From Candidatus Nanohaloarchaea archaeon (GTDB lineage Archaea; Nanohalarchaeota; Nanosalinia; Nanosalinales; Nanosalinaceae): a DNA stretch of 64,000 bases. Positions within the stretch are counted from its first letter, which is position 1. Every line of letters begins with the position of its first letter. Position numbers and translations under genes: made by a program. The stretch spans positions 416,001 through 480,000 of the forward strand of contig CP046106.1 of assembly GCA_013343275.1 (NCBI GenBank), written 5' to 3'. The notes under the pieces were generated by a model. The model saw nothing but the letters and a program-made list of their open reading frames with translations, did no database searches and was not told where the DNA came from. This document shows positions 55,720 to 64,000 of the stretch, piece after piece.

Positions 55720-56670
55720 TTGATAAGCATCTGGACGGAAAAGTACAGGCCTGACAGCCTTGACGAGGTTGTTGGACAGGAAGATATAGTTGACAGACTG
55801 AGCGCTTTCGTAGAGGAAGACTCAGTACCACACATCCTGTTCGCAGGGCCTGCAGGAACAGGCAAAACCACTTCCGCAATCGCCATGGCCAAAGATCTGT
55901 ACGGCGACGAATGGAAGCAAAACTTTATGGAAACCAACGCCTCCGACGAGAGAGGAATCGATGTAGTAAGAGAGAAGATCAAGGACTTCGCCCGAACCAA
56001 GCCTATTAATGCAGAATACAAGATAATTTTCCTTGACGAGGCTGACGCACTTACTTCAGATGCACAACAGGCCTTGAGACGTACAATGGAGCAGTTCTCC
56101 GATAACTGCCGGTTCATCCTCTCATGCAACTACTCATCCAAGATCATCGATCCAATCCAGTCCCGATGCGCAGTTTTCCGATTTAACCGTCTGGAGCAGG
56201 AGAAAGTTGAGGACTACATCGAGAGGCTGGGTAAAGAGGAAGGATTCAAGATCTCCCAGGATGCAATCGATGCAATAATGCGTGTATCGGACGGCGATCT
56301 ACGGCGTGTAACCAATATACTACAGACAGCCTCAATTCAAAACGATGAGATCGAGGAGGAAGATATCTACGCAGTAGCCGCATCTTTAAGGCCTGACGAA
56401 ATCAGAGAGATACTTGACAAGGCCCTGGACGGTGACTTTATCGATGCCCGTGAGGATCTGGCTGAGATCATGATCAACAGAGGCCTTGACGGCCAGGACG
56501 TGATCAACTCGATTCACAGAGAGGTTTTCGACCTGGATATCAGTGATGACGCAAAACTGGAGATCGTCGAACAGCTCGGTGAGTTCGAGTTCAGAATTGC
56601 CGAAGGAGGAAGTAGCGACATCCAGATAGAGTCCCTACTGGCCAAGATCGGAAACCTGGAGAACAACTAG
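55720..56670 (+). CDS. rfcS: Replication factor C small subunit
   Basis: WTEKYRP, GPAGTGKT, NASDERG, DEAD, SRC; probable TTG start after SD AGGAGG. Confidence 0.96.
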   Translation: MISIWTEKYRPDSLDEVVGQEDIVDRLSAFVEEDSVPHILFAGPAGTGKTTSAIAMAKDLYGDEWKQNFMETNASDERGIDVVREKIKDFARTKPINAEYKIIFLDEADALTSDAQQALRRTMEQFSDNCRFILSCNYSSKIIDPIQSRCAVFRFNRLEQEKVEDYIERLGKEEGFKISQDAIDAIMRVSDGDLRRVTNILQTASIQNDEIEEEDIYAVAASLRPDEIREILDKALDGDFIDAREDLAEIMINRGLDGQDVINSIHREVFDLDISDDAKLEIVEQLGEFEFRIAEGGSSDIQIESLLAKIGNLENN

Positions 56671-56754
56671 AAAATGATTTATTTTACTCAAAACCTGGAA
56701 GGCCTTCGAAAGCTATTCTCTGAATAGCTTCTTGGGCTATCGTACCGTAACACG

Positions 56755-57939
56755 ATGTGGGTAGAAAAATACAGGCCTGAAAGTCTTTCGGAATACCGTG
56801 GAGCATCCAGTCAGAAGGAGGAGCTCCAGGAATGGATCAAAGACTGGGAGAGGGGCGATAAACCTGTTCTCCTGCATGGTCAGGCCGGTACCGGGAAGAC
56901 CTCTCTCGTCGAGGCCCTTGCAAATGATATCGGATACGAGCTTGTTGAGACTAATGCTTCCGACGTAAGAACTAAATCAAAGCTGAAGGAGGAGTTAAAG
57001 GAGGCAACCAGACAGGCCTCGTTTTTCGGCGGTAAGAAGCTGATTCTGGTCGATGAAGTAGATGGCATGGGTACCGGTGATAGAGGTGGTACTGCCGAGC
57101 TGAAGAGAATAGTAGAGGAATCGCGTTTCCCCGTAGTTATGACTGCTAACGATGCCTATGACAACAGTATCCGCAGTCTGCGGAACATGGCCAAGACTGT
57201 AAAACTGGACTCCGTCCATACTAACTCTATCGCAGCACATCTGAAAGAGATACTTGAAGAGGAAGGTATAGAGTATGAAGACGGTGTTCCGAAAAGGATC
57301 GCTCGTCAGGCCGGCGGTCAGATGCGTTCAGCGATCAATGATCTGGAAGCAGTGGCTATGGGCAAGAAAAAGATTACTGCAGATGATCTGGATGTTATTG
57401 CCAGTCGTGATAACCGTCAGGAGATCTTCGATTCTTTGAAGATTATTTTCAAGACTATGAACCCGGATAATGCCCGTCAGGCTACGGAGAACCTGGATGA
57501 GGACGCTGAAACGTTTATGCAGTGGATCCGGGAGAATATTCCACGTGAGTACAAAAGGCCTGCGGATATTGCAGAGGCCTACGATAATATTTCGAAGGCT
57601 GATGTGTTCAATGGCCGTATTATGCGAGATCAGAACTGGAAGCTGCTGAAGTATGTGTACAGTTTCTCGACTGTTGGTGTCGCATTGAGTAAGGAGGAGA
57701 AGTACAGTGGATGGACGAAGTACCAGTATCCTTCGAAGATCAAGAAAATGGGTCAGTCACGGGCCTCACGTAACAAGCTGGAGAGTATTTCATCCAAGCT
57801 AGGGGAGAAACTACATATCTCAGGTAACGACGCTGTCCGTGAGATGCCTTTTATCTCTCAGATGATTGATGCAAGGCCTGAAGTTATTGAAGAACTGGAG
57901 CTGGAAGAAGATGAAGTTGAGTTTATAGAGGAGTTCTAG
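56755..57939 (+). CDS. rfcL: Replication factor C large subunit
   Basis: WVEKYRP, GTGKT, NASDVR, DEVDG, W.RENIP. Confidence 0.95.
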   Translation: MWVEKYRPESLSEYRGASSQKEELQEWIKDWERGDKPVLLHGQAGTGKTSLVEALANDIGYELVETNASDVRTKSKLKEELKEATRQASFFGGKKLILVDEVDGMGTGDRGGTAELKRIVEESRFPVVMTANDAYDNSIRSLRNMAKTVKLDSVHTNSIAAHLKEILEEEGIEYEDGVPKRIARQAGGQMRSAINDLEAVAMGKKKITADDLDVIASRDNRQEIFDSLKIIFKTMNPDNARQATENLDEDAETFMQWIRENIPREYKRPADIAEAYDNISKADVFNGRIMRDQNWKLLKYVYSFSTVGVALSKEEKYSGWTKYQYPSKIKKMGQSRASRNKLESISSKLGEKLHISGNDAVREMPFISQMIDARPEVIEELELEEDEVEFIEEF

Positions 57940-58268
57940 TTGACAGGCACACAGGTCAGTCTTATCTCAGCGCGTGGATTGCGCAGTGTTACGTTGAAGC
58001 AGTCAGTGCTGCTATCTCTGTTCCAGTAAACTGATGAGGCACTGTACCTACTTATGCTGTTCACCATCTTATTGAAGTTCCGTATATCCTTTGGACTTCC
58101 CTGATCTACCTGTAGTGCCTCGTCTTGAATCATGTTTACGTAGTAGGCTTCTGTATCGGGACTGTATCTCTGGTTCTGTACCTGAGTCATGGCGGCTGCG
58201 GTCGCCATCACAATCAAACTGATTATTACTGCAGAGATTATCATAAACTGTCCTTTGCTTCTACTCAT
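57936..58268 (-). CDS. Type IV pilin-like protein (class III signal peptide)
   Basis: SKG|QFMIISAVII followed by hydrophobic helix. Confidence 0.75.
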   Translation of the reverse strand: MSRSKGQFMIISAVIISLIVMATAAAMTQVQNQRYSPDTEAYYVNMIQDEALQVDQGSPKDIRNFNKMVNSISRYSASSVYWNRDSSTDCFNVTLRNPRAEIRLTCVPVN

Positions 58269-60786
58269 TTGACCACCTCAGATCAAGCCGGTAAGGCATA
58301 AACACTTCCTCACTAACACTTCCCACGATCTCGGTTGAGAACCGCGGCTGGTTCTGCTGCTCGAAAGAAAGCTGATCTCCTCTCAACCAGTACAGCGTAG
58401 AGGCCAGCACCTTTACATCTGACTGCTCGTAACTCTGCTCGTACGCCGCTCTTGCCAGTCTCTGACCTTCAAAACCTTCAAAATTGGTTCTGTAATTGAT
58501 CAGTTCTATCTCGTCCGATCCTGCAAAGACAAACTCCGCACATAGCCTGCCGTCGTCACAACCTGTTTCATTGTTGAAGGCAACCCTGTAACGCCGGTTA
58601 GCTATAATAACTCTTTCTCCCTGCAGGAACGGGCCTTCACCCTCATCGCCGTAATTACCGTTGTCATTGAAGTCGACATTCAGGGCCCGTATATCAGTTC
58701 CATCGCTTGAACCTAGATAAGTGTTAAGCACGCTATATGTTGCACCATTCGGGAATGTGAAAGTATCCATCGTATACTCTGACCCTGAAGGCGCACCGGG
58801 CGGCGGCGATGTAGGTGACATACTCCAGGAGGAGGCATTCCAGTCATCCGAGTTGTACCTGTGGTTGATGGCATAGAAAAAGTTGTTATCCGAGGTCACA
58901 GTCTCAGCGCCTCCAGACTTCACCCAACCTCCAGGAACCAGAGAGACATCACGCTGATCTCCGTTAAGCCCCTGGAAGTATGAGTCAGCCTCATCAGAAA
59001 CCGTAGTGGTGAAACCTCCAACCAGGTTAGCGAGATCCACAAGGCCTGCCGTTACCTGAATCGAGCCAGACGAGGCCGTACCGCTACCGCTTCCACCACT
59101 GATCTGTATATTGAAGTTAGTATTACCTGATCCACTTCTCACGAATATACGGCCTCCTGCACCACCACCGGCAGAGGAACTTGCATCCCCTCCATTCGCC
59201 GATAAAGTGCCAGATCCGGAGACCTGATGGGACTCTACTCTAATGCTGCCTCCTGAGCCGCCACCGCTGTCCGCAGTTCCATCCTCACCGTCCATAACTA
59301 TAGAGCCTGAGAGCGCGAATTCTTCGCTCTGTATCCATACAGAACCTCCACCAGATCCGCCAGCAGCATTGTCATCTGTATCGTATCCTCCAGCAGATCC
59401 AGGGCGTTTGGCCTCGAAGGAAGAACCGTATTCGCTGCCTCCTGCAGCGGCTCCAGAACCTCCAGGCCCACCGTATCCTCCGCCACCGGCTGCAGTTGCA
59501 GATCCACCTGCTCCTGGGCCGTAAGCAGTAGAGCCACTGCTTCCATATCCTGCCCCCGTTCCTACGAGAGATCCGTCAATATTGACCTCTCCTTCTACCA
59601 CAATCTTTGGTGCATACTTGCTGTAAAGTACGTTTTCACATGTGCCACTAGGAGAGTTCTTGCATACTGAAAGATTGTTCTCGACATAGGCCGTGGCCCC
59701 TGATTCAATTGTCAGGCTGTTCAGGAAATGCCTGCCCGGGCCGAATGTGCAACCGGAGTTGGATGAGTCTATGATCACATCTCCGGTATGGGGACAGGTG
59801 GTGGATTTGCTTCCCTGGCTCATACCTACCCATTCCAGGCCAAGGTCCTGAATGAAGTCATTACTGTTGGTAGTGGATTTATCCAAATTCATCAAGAGAA
59901 GAACTGAGCCTGTTTTCATGAAGTCCTCCACCTTCTGCCGGTTGGCCTGAATACTGGAAAGAGCTGCCTCATCTCTGAAAACCAGTATCTCGTACTTTGA
60001 CAGGTTTGCACGTCCAAGATCAAATGTGCTTACAGAGGTCCTGGTGTTTATGCCATTGACCTCTCTGGAAAGCATTTTCTTCATTTTAACAGGTTGATCA
60101 GCTTTGAAGAGCGATACACTGCTCGAATCTATCTCCTTGATATCATAGTAAGTATCAGGGTTGTCATCTGTCATATTACCCCAGAGGAAAAAGTTATCGA
60201 TATAGTAAGGGCCTTCACTGTTAGTGAACTGGCACTGAGTCTTGTTATCTACCCAGACGGTATCATAATCAGTCTCGGAATTGAAACCTCCAGAAACTCT
60301 TGGATCGGTATCCCCCACATAGAGCACCACGTTGTGCCGTGATTGACGGGAGGCAGCAGGATCTGTCTGCCGGAGCGGTACTCCTGGCTGCACTTCCTCT
60401 TCTAACTCTGTCAGATCACCGCTGCAGTCTGTGATTCCCTGGAGGCCCTGATTCGGGTACTGTCTCTTCGGCAGAACATTGTATCCTACAGAGGTCTCAA
60501 GTATAGGCAGATTTGAAACCGTCCCCGATACATGCATATTACGGCCTGATATCGTTGTTATAGCGGTTTTAAGAGACCCTATTTCGGCGTTCTTCATGAA
60601 GTGAGTTATGTGGCCGGTTTTCTTGAGCGTATAGCTGATATCCTGGGCTGCGACCTCCTGCTGGAAATTGCTCCAGTTCTGATTGTCAGGGATATCAAAG
60701 CTTCCGGCTGCAAATGCAAGAAGTATGAATATAGATACCATTAGTTCTATTGCGTATCCTGCGCCTTTCCTGTTCACCAGGCCCAC
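58261..60786 (-). CDS. Large pilin-like adhesin with glycine-rich insert
   Basis: RKG|AGYAIE signal; GGGGYGG, GGSGGGS, GGGAGG repeats. Confidence 0.75.
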   Translation of the reverse strand: MGLVNRKGAGYAIELMVSIFILLAFAAGSFDIPDNQNWSNFQQEVAAQDISYTLKKTGHITHFMKNAEIGSLKTAITTISGRNMHVSGTVSNLPILETSVGYNVLPKRQYPNQGLQGITDCSGDLTELEEEVQPGVPLRQTDPAASRQSRHNVVLYVGDTDPRVSGGFNSETDYDTVWVDNKTQCQFTNSEGPYYIDNFFLWGNMTDDNPDTYYDIKEIDSSSVSLFKADQPVKMKKMLSREVNGINTRTSVSTFDLGRANLSKYEILVFRDEAALSSIQANRQKVEDFMKTGSVLLLMNLDKSTTNSNDFIQDLGLEWVGMSQGSKSTTCPHTGDVIIDSSNSGCTFGPGRHFLNSLTIESGATAYVENNLSVCKNSPSGTCENVLYSKYAPKIVVEGEVNIDGSLVGTGAGYGSSGSTAYGPGAGGSATAAGGGGYGGPGGSGAAAGGSEYGSSFEAKRPGSAGGYDTDDNAAGGSGGGSVWIQSEEFALSGSIVMDGEDGTADSGGGSGGSIRVESHQVSGSGTLSANGGDASSSAGGGAGGRIFVRSGSGNTNFNIQISGGSGSGTASSGSIQVTAGLVDLANLVGGFTTTVSDEADSYFQGLNGDQRDVSLVPGGWVKSGGAETVTSDNNFFYAINHRYNSDDWNASSWSMSPTSPPPGAPSGSEYTMDTFTFPNGATYSVLNTYLGSSDGTDIRALNVDFNDNGNYGDEGEGPFLQGERVIIANRRYRVAFNNETGCDDGRLCAEFVFAGSDEIELINYRTNFEGFEGQRLARAAYEQSYEQSDVKVLASTLYWLRGDQLSFEQQNQPRFSTEIVGSVSEEVFMPYRLDLRWSNE

Positions 60787-61640
60787 ACCTCCATTTTCAC
60801 AGGGTGGACAGTGCTACCTACTTCCATCGCTGCGTACCGATTCAGCTTGATAACTCGAGAATCCTGATCGAAAGCCGCACCAAAGGTAGTCATGGTTCTC
60901 TTGAGTACAAACATTGCTCCAGGCTCCTCTTTCCTGTTCTGTACTGTATGAAGCTGGAAAGGGTAGCCTGCAAGGGTTAAAGTGCCTCCTACCGCGTGAC
61001 GCGTGTACTTATACTGTGTTCCAAAGTCACAGGGATAGTATGCCGAGGCGTTGTACTCTGTCTTGTACACAGTATCGTAGACACCGTTATGCGATACAGT
61101 AAGGAAGCAGTACCGTGTCGATACAAAGTCCTCAACAGTGTAATGGACTTCGTTATCTGCACTCCAGTAGTTATCTATATCGCTGTCCGGTTCATCGATA
61201 AAGCTCGGTGAGTTAGAGCGGGTAAAACTTTTCGAGGTAGTAATTACGGGCATCCAGGTAAAACGGAACCTGTAATCGTGGCTTAGATGTAGGGCCTCTG
61301 TAAATATAGAATAGTTTAGCTTGTCGGATCCGACAGTTGAAAGCCTGTCTATCTTGTCTTTCTGCAGGAGTTTGTAGTCAGAGGCCAGACCTACATCTTC
61401 AGTGCTGCGGAGAGTAGAGAGGTTCTTCTCCCAGTTAGTGGTTCCCTGACCATGACCGGAGTAGCCTGGCTGCGTCATTAGGCGTGTTGAGAGGCTGTAG
61501 GCCTCCAGGTTAAGCGATGCCTGATGTACATCGTTCCTGAACTCCGGTACCTTTCCAGCGCCGATCGATGCTATTCCAAGCACCGCTATGAGGAATAGAA
61601 CCATTGAACCGAAGTACTCGATGCTGAACTGCGCTTTCAT
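60774..61640 (-). CDS. Type IV pilin-like protein
   Basis: MKA|QFSIEY signal; start overlaps the upstream stop. Confidence 0.75.
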   Translation of the reverse strand: MKAQFSIEYFGSMVLFLIAVLGIASIGAGKVPEFRNDVHQASLNLEAYSLSTRLMTQPGYSGHGQGTTNWEKNLSTLRSTEDVGLASDYKLLQKDKIDRLSTVGSDKLNYSIFTEALHLSHDYRFRFTWMPVITTSKSFTRSNSPSFIDEPDSDIDNYWSADNEVHYTVEDFVSTRYCFLTVSHNGVYDTVYKTEYNASAYYPCDFGTQYKYTRHAVGGTLTLAGYPFQLHTVQNRKEEPGAMFVLKRTMTTFGAAFDQDSRVIKLNRYAAMEVGSTVHPVKMEVWAW

Positions 61641-62692
61641 TATGGCAACCCCGCAGGAGCAACTATCATCATGAATGCGACGAAGGCCAGTGGCAGCATG
61701 ATTAAAGCGTGTTTTACACCTGCGCTCGGGCTTCCCTCTGATACCTGACCCGCAACTGCTGCGGTACATGCTCCCTGTATCATCAGCATTGTGAAGAGCA
61801 GCGACTTGTAGTAAGCCATTCTGCCGTAACTGTACTTGTTAGCGTACTGGCTGGTCAAATCATTAGTTACGTTAGCCGGGATAAATCCAAAGATCTTTGC
61901 TGTAGAGCAGAAAGGTCTTGCCGATGCGATAGCTCCACTACAGTAGTTGGTCGGGCCGCTGCCTCCGCCTCCGCCACTACCCTGACTACTCAACACCTCT
62001 TTTACTCCAGAGAGCGCTCCCGGATCAGGGCTTCCAAGGCCGAGGAGCTGCGCCAGCATAGTGTATATTCCTATCGTTATGCCTATGAACAGGAAGTAGA
62101 TAACGTACATGATGACAAGTTGCTGTCTCAGTTTTGCGTCTTTCTCCTGTATAACCTCCTTGAGTTTGGTTGCGTCCTCTCCTACAGATTCGATGGTCTG
62201 CGTGATTCCACCCCCGCTCTCAAAGCTCTGAATTATGATAGATGTCGACTCCTGTATGACTGCAGAGTCGCTCATACGTTTGTTGAAGCGCTCCATAACC
62301 TCTGGGAACGGGATTCCCCATGTAAGCTCGTAGTGGATCTTCTCGATCTCGCTGTTAAGCCTTCCGTAATCCGTTTCCTTGGCTGATTCAAAGGCTCTCA
62401 TAATTGTCATGCCTCCTCTCTTCGACTCAGCCAAGTCCTTCAGGAAGGAAGGGAATTGATCCTCCATCTGTCGAACCGCCCTATTACGGAGGAAAGATAA
62501 AATACCATAAGGTACAACGCCTATAAGCAGGCCCAGTATGAATGCGATTCCTCCTATTCTGTCAGCGCCCTGAAGGTAGAGGAAGAGGCCTATAAGCAGT
62601 ATAAATCCACCTACAGCTAGAGCTCCATAAATTATCTTCTTTGTAAGCGAGTAACCTGGTTCAAAGTCTTCCTCCTGGAAAAAATCTAGCAT
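61640..62692 (-). CDS. Type II/IV secretion F-family (TadC/PilC-like) membrane platform protein
   Basis: FPSFLKDLAES..GG, DYG.L..E, WGIPF, SGG. Confidence 0.88.
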   Translation of the reverse strand: MLDFFQEEDFEPGYSLTKKIIYGALAVGGFILLIGLFLYLQGADRIGGIAFILGLLIGVVPYGILSFLRNRAVRQMEDQFPSFLKDLAESKRGGMTIMRAFESAKETDYGRLNSEIEKIHYELTWGIPFPEVMERFNKRMSDSAVIQESTSIIIQSFESGGGITQTIESVGEDATKLKEVIQEKDAKLRQQLVIMYVIYFLFIGITIGIYTMLAQLLGLGSPDPGALSGVKEVLSSQGSGGGGGSGPTNYCSGAIASARPFCSTAKIFGFIPANVTNDLTSQYANKYSYGRMAYYKSLLFTMLMIQGACTAAVAGQVSEGSPSAGVKHALIMLPLAFVAFMMIVAPAGLP

Positions 62693-62696
62693 TTTA

Positions 62697-63569
62697 TCAC
62701 CTTATTCCTCCAGGAGCTATCCCTCTTACAAAGATTATGAACATACCAGAAATTAAAGGAAGGCCTACGAAGATCGCTATTACCTGAACTGTTACAACCA
62801 GCTGGGGCGACATTGATGCAAATGAGCTCATAACTGCGCTCATAGATGTAAAAATTATAGAACCAACAATGACGATTGTAATATACATCTCCACCAGCAG
62901 AGATAGCTGATCAGCAAACTCCTCAACTCTCCTCTCGTAATCATTCATTAAAGTCTCTGCCCTCTGTCTTAAAAACTCTCTAAGAGACCCTCCCGTAGTT
63001 ATAGAGTGGTTAATACCCCAGACAAGCTCTTCAAAATCATCACTAGGAGTCCTCTCGGCTGCACGCTTCAAGGCCTCACTTATATCCATACCTAGAGTGT
63101 TGACATCCCTACTGATCTTGGCAGCCTCCTTGGAAACCTCTCCATACTCCTCCACCTCTGAGAGATTCTGGAAGATTTCAGGTAGGGATGTACCGGTGCC
63201 TGCCAGAGTCGACAGATACATTGTGGCAAAGGGTAGAGTATCCCGAATCTTGGAGGCCCTGTTGCTTACCAGTATTCGCGGGTAGATGTAGAATCCTACA
63301 AATGTAAATATTGAGAAAAGTATTCCAAATATTATCCCTATCATAAGGCCTGCGATACCCATACTCAGAGCCATTAAGCCTCCGATAAACAGGAAGCTGG
63401 CGCCGAATACTGAGGCTGTTGAAACAAACATGGTGCTCAGGTATTCCGGCAATGAAATTTCCAGACCTGCCTTGGTAAGCTTGGGTCTCAAGCCTTCAAA
63501 GTACTCAAGATACTGCAGTGCGTATGCTCCGGCTAACTGGTAACAGAAATCGCTATACTTCTTGAGCAT
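62697..63569 (-). CDS. Type II/IV secretion F-family (TadB/FlaJ-like) membrane protein
   Basis: LPFATMYL, YGEVSKE, G.DI..AL, TPS, TGG.L..FL. Confidence 0.88.
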   Translation of the reverse strand: MLKKYSDFCYQLAGAYALQYLEYFEGLRPKLTKAGLEISLPEYLSTMFVSTASVFGASFLFIGGLMALSMGIAGLMIGIIFGILFSIFTFVGFYIYPRILVSNRASKIRDTLPFATMYLSTLAGTGTSLPEIFQNLSEVEEYGEVSKEAAKISRDVNTLGMDISEALKRAAERTPSDDFEELVWGINHSITTGGSLREFLRQRAETLMNDYERRVEEFADQLSLLVEMYITIVIVGSIIFTSMSAVMSSFASMSPQLVVTVQVIAIFVGLPLISGMFIIFVRGIAPGGIR

Positions 63570-63999
63570 TGTTAATGTCTACTTCTTCATTATCAGCATT
63601 AAATGTTTGCCCAATCTTCTCCATCACTCTCTGCGGGTTAGAGTAGTACCTAGAAATCATATCACCTACATCCCTGTAGTGCTTGATCTGCTGGTCCTGC
63701 ATGTAGTTCAGTACGTGCTGACGGTTCCGGACCTCGTTCTTCAGATCCTGATAGTCCATTCCACTCTGATCGGCAATATCCTTCAGGATCATCGACTTGT
63801 TCTCGACATAGTACTCATCCTCCTTCGGATCCCATCCAAACACCTTGTTCGCATCAATACCCGTCCTCTCCTCATATCCACGGACTTCAAAGATGCCGTT
63901 AATCCTTCTGATATAGCTGCCGTCACGGCGAATCCTGGAAATCAACATAACAGCATCCAGAGTCTCGATCAGGCTGCCAGACAGGTTAATCGGCTCAGT
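63553..63999 (-). CDS. Type IV pilus assembly ATPase (TadA/VirB11-like), C-terminal part only
   Basis: Frame open to window edge (TEPINL..LD...RRI..I.E, VFGWDP, YYSNP); directly upstream of TadB/C. Confidence 0.85.
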   Translation of the reverse strand, partial: TEPINLSGSLIETLDAVMLISRIRRDGSYIRRINGIFEVRGYEERTGIDANKVFGWDPKEDEYYVENKSMILKDIADQSGMDYQDLKNEVRNRQHVLNYMQDQQIKHYRDVGDMISRYYSNPQRVMEKIGQTFNADNEEVDINNAQEV

Positions 64000-64000
64000 C

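Noticed and set aside
49351-57939. Inteins in lhr, rfcS or rfcL
   Set aside because: Lengths are normal and the motifs are contiguous
60774-61769. Longer 331-aa start for the pilin gene (likewise extended starts at 7923, 26179, 54823, 55696)
   Set aside because: Extensions overlap neighbours or lack family similarity; downstream starts fit motifs and SD positions
6701-63285. Numerous 60-220 aa antisense or alternative-frame ORFs in the track (e.g. 8078-8620, 29659-30384, 51050-51721)
   Set aside because: Shadows of well-supported genes; Ser/Phe/Leu-rich as expected from the reverse of Glu/Asp-rich codons

Overview
Compact, gene-dense archaeal chromosomal segment with a strongly acidic proteome, moderate GC and archaeal marker genes (rps17e, aRF1, RFC-S/L, ABCE1, BHB-intron tRNAs, class III signal peptide pilins). 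It is most consistent with a nanohaloarchaeon (DPANN); this is an inference, not a database result. It carries four tRNAs (Gly-GCC, Arg-CCT with intron, Arg-TCG, Leu-CAG with intron), gatCAB, metG, valS, alaX, pyk, trxA/trxB, ftsZ, dcd, tatD, lhr, mscS, vWA/BatA surface proteins and the end of a Tad/type IV pilus locus. I saw no integrase, transposase, CRISPR or rRNA. Highlights: (1) a YbaK deacylase fused to a GatB/YqeY tRNA-binding domain, coupled directly behind gatB; (2) an ABCE1 whose Fe-S domain has no cysteines; (3) ftsZ flanked upstream by GGGA-loop hairpins and downstream by two long hairpins with CCCCUCCCC loops; (4) strong frame-independent over-representation of the palindrome AGGCCT, which also coincides with a mismatch in a tRNA acceptor stem; (5) REP-like triloop palindromes and a duplicated tRNA-Gly 3' end; (6) four small ORFs missing from the ORF track, two of them zinc fingers; (7) orphan proteins with ADP-ribosyltransferase-, HipA-kinase- and PD-(D/E)XK-like motifs, plus a shared operator-like palindrome in two orphan-gene promoters.
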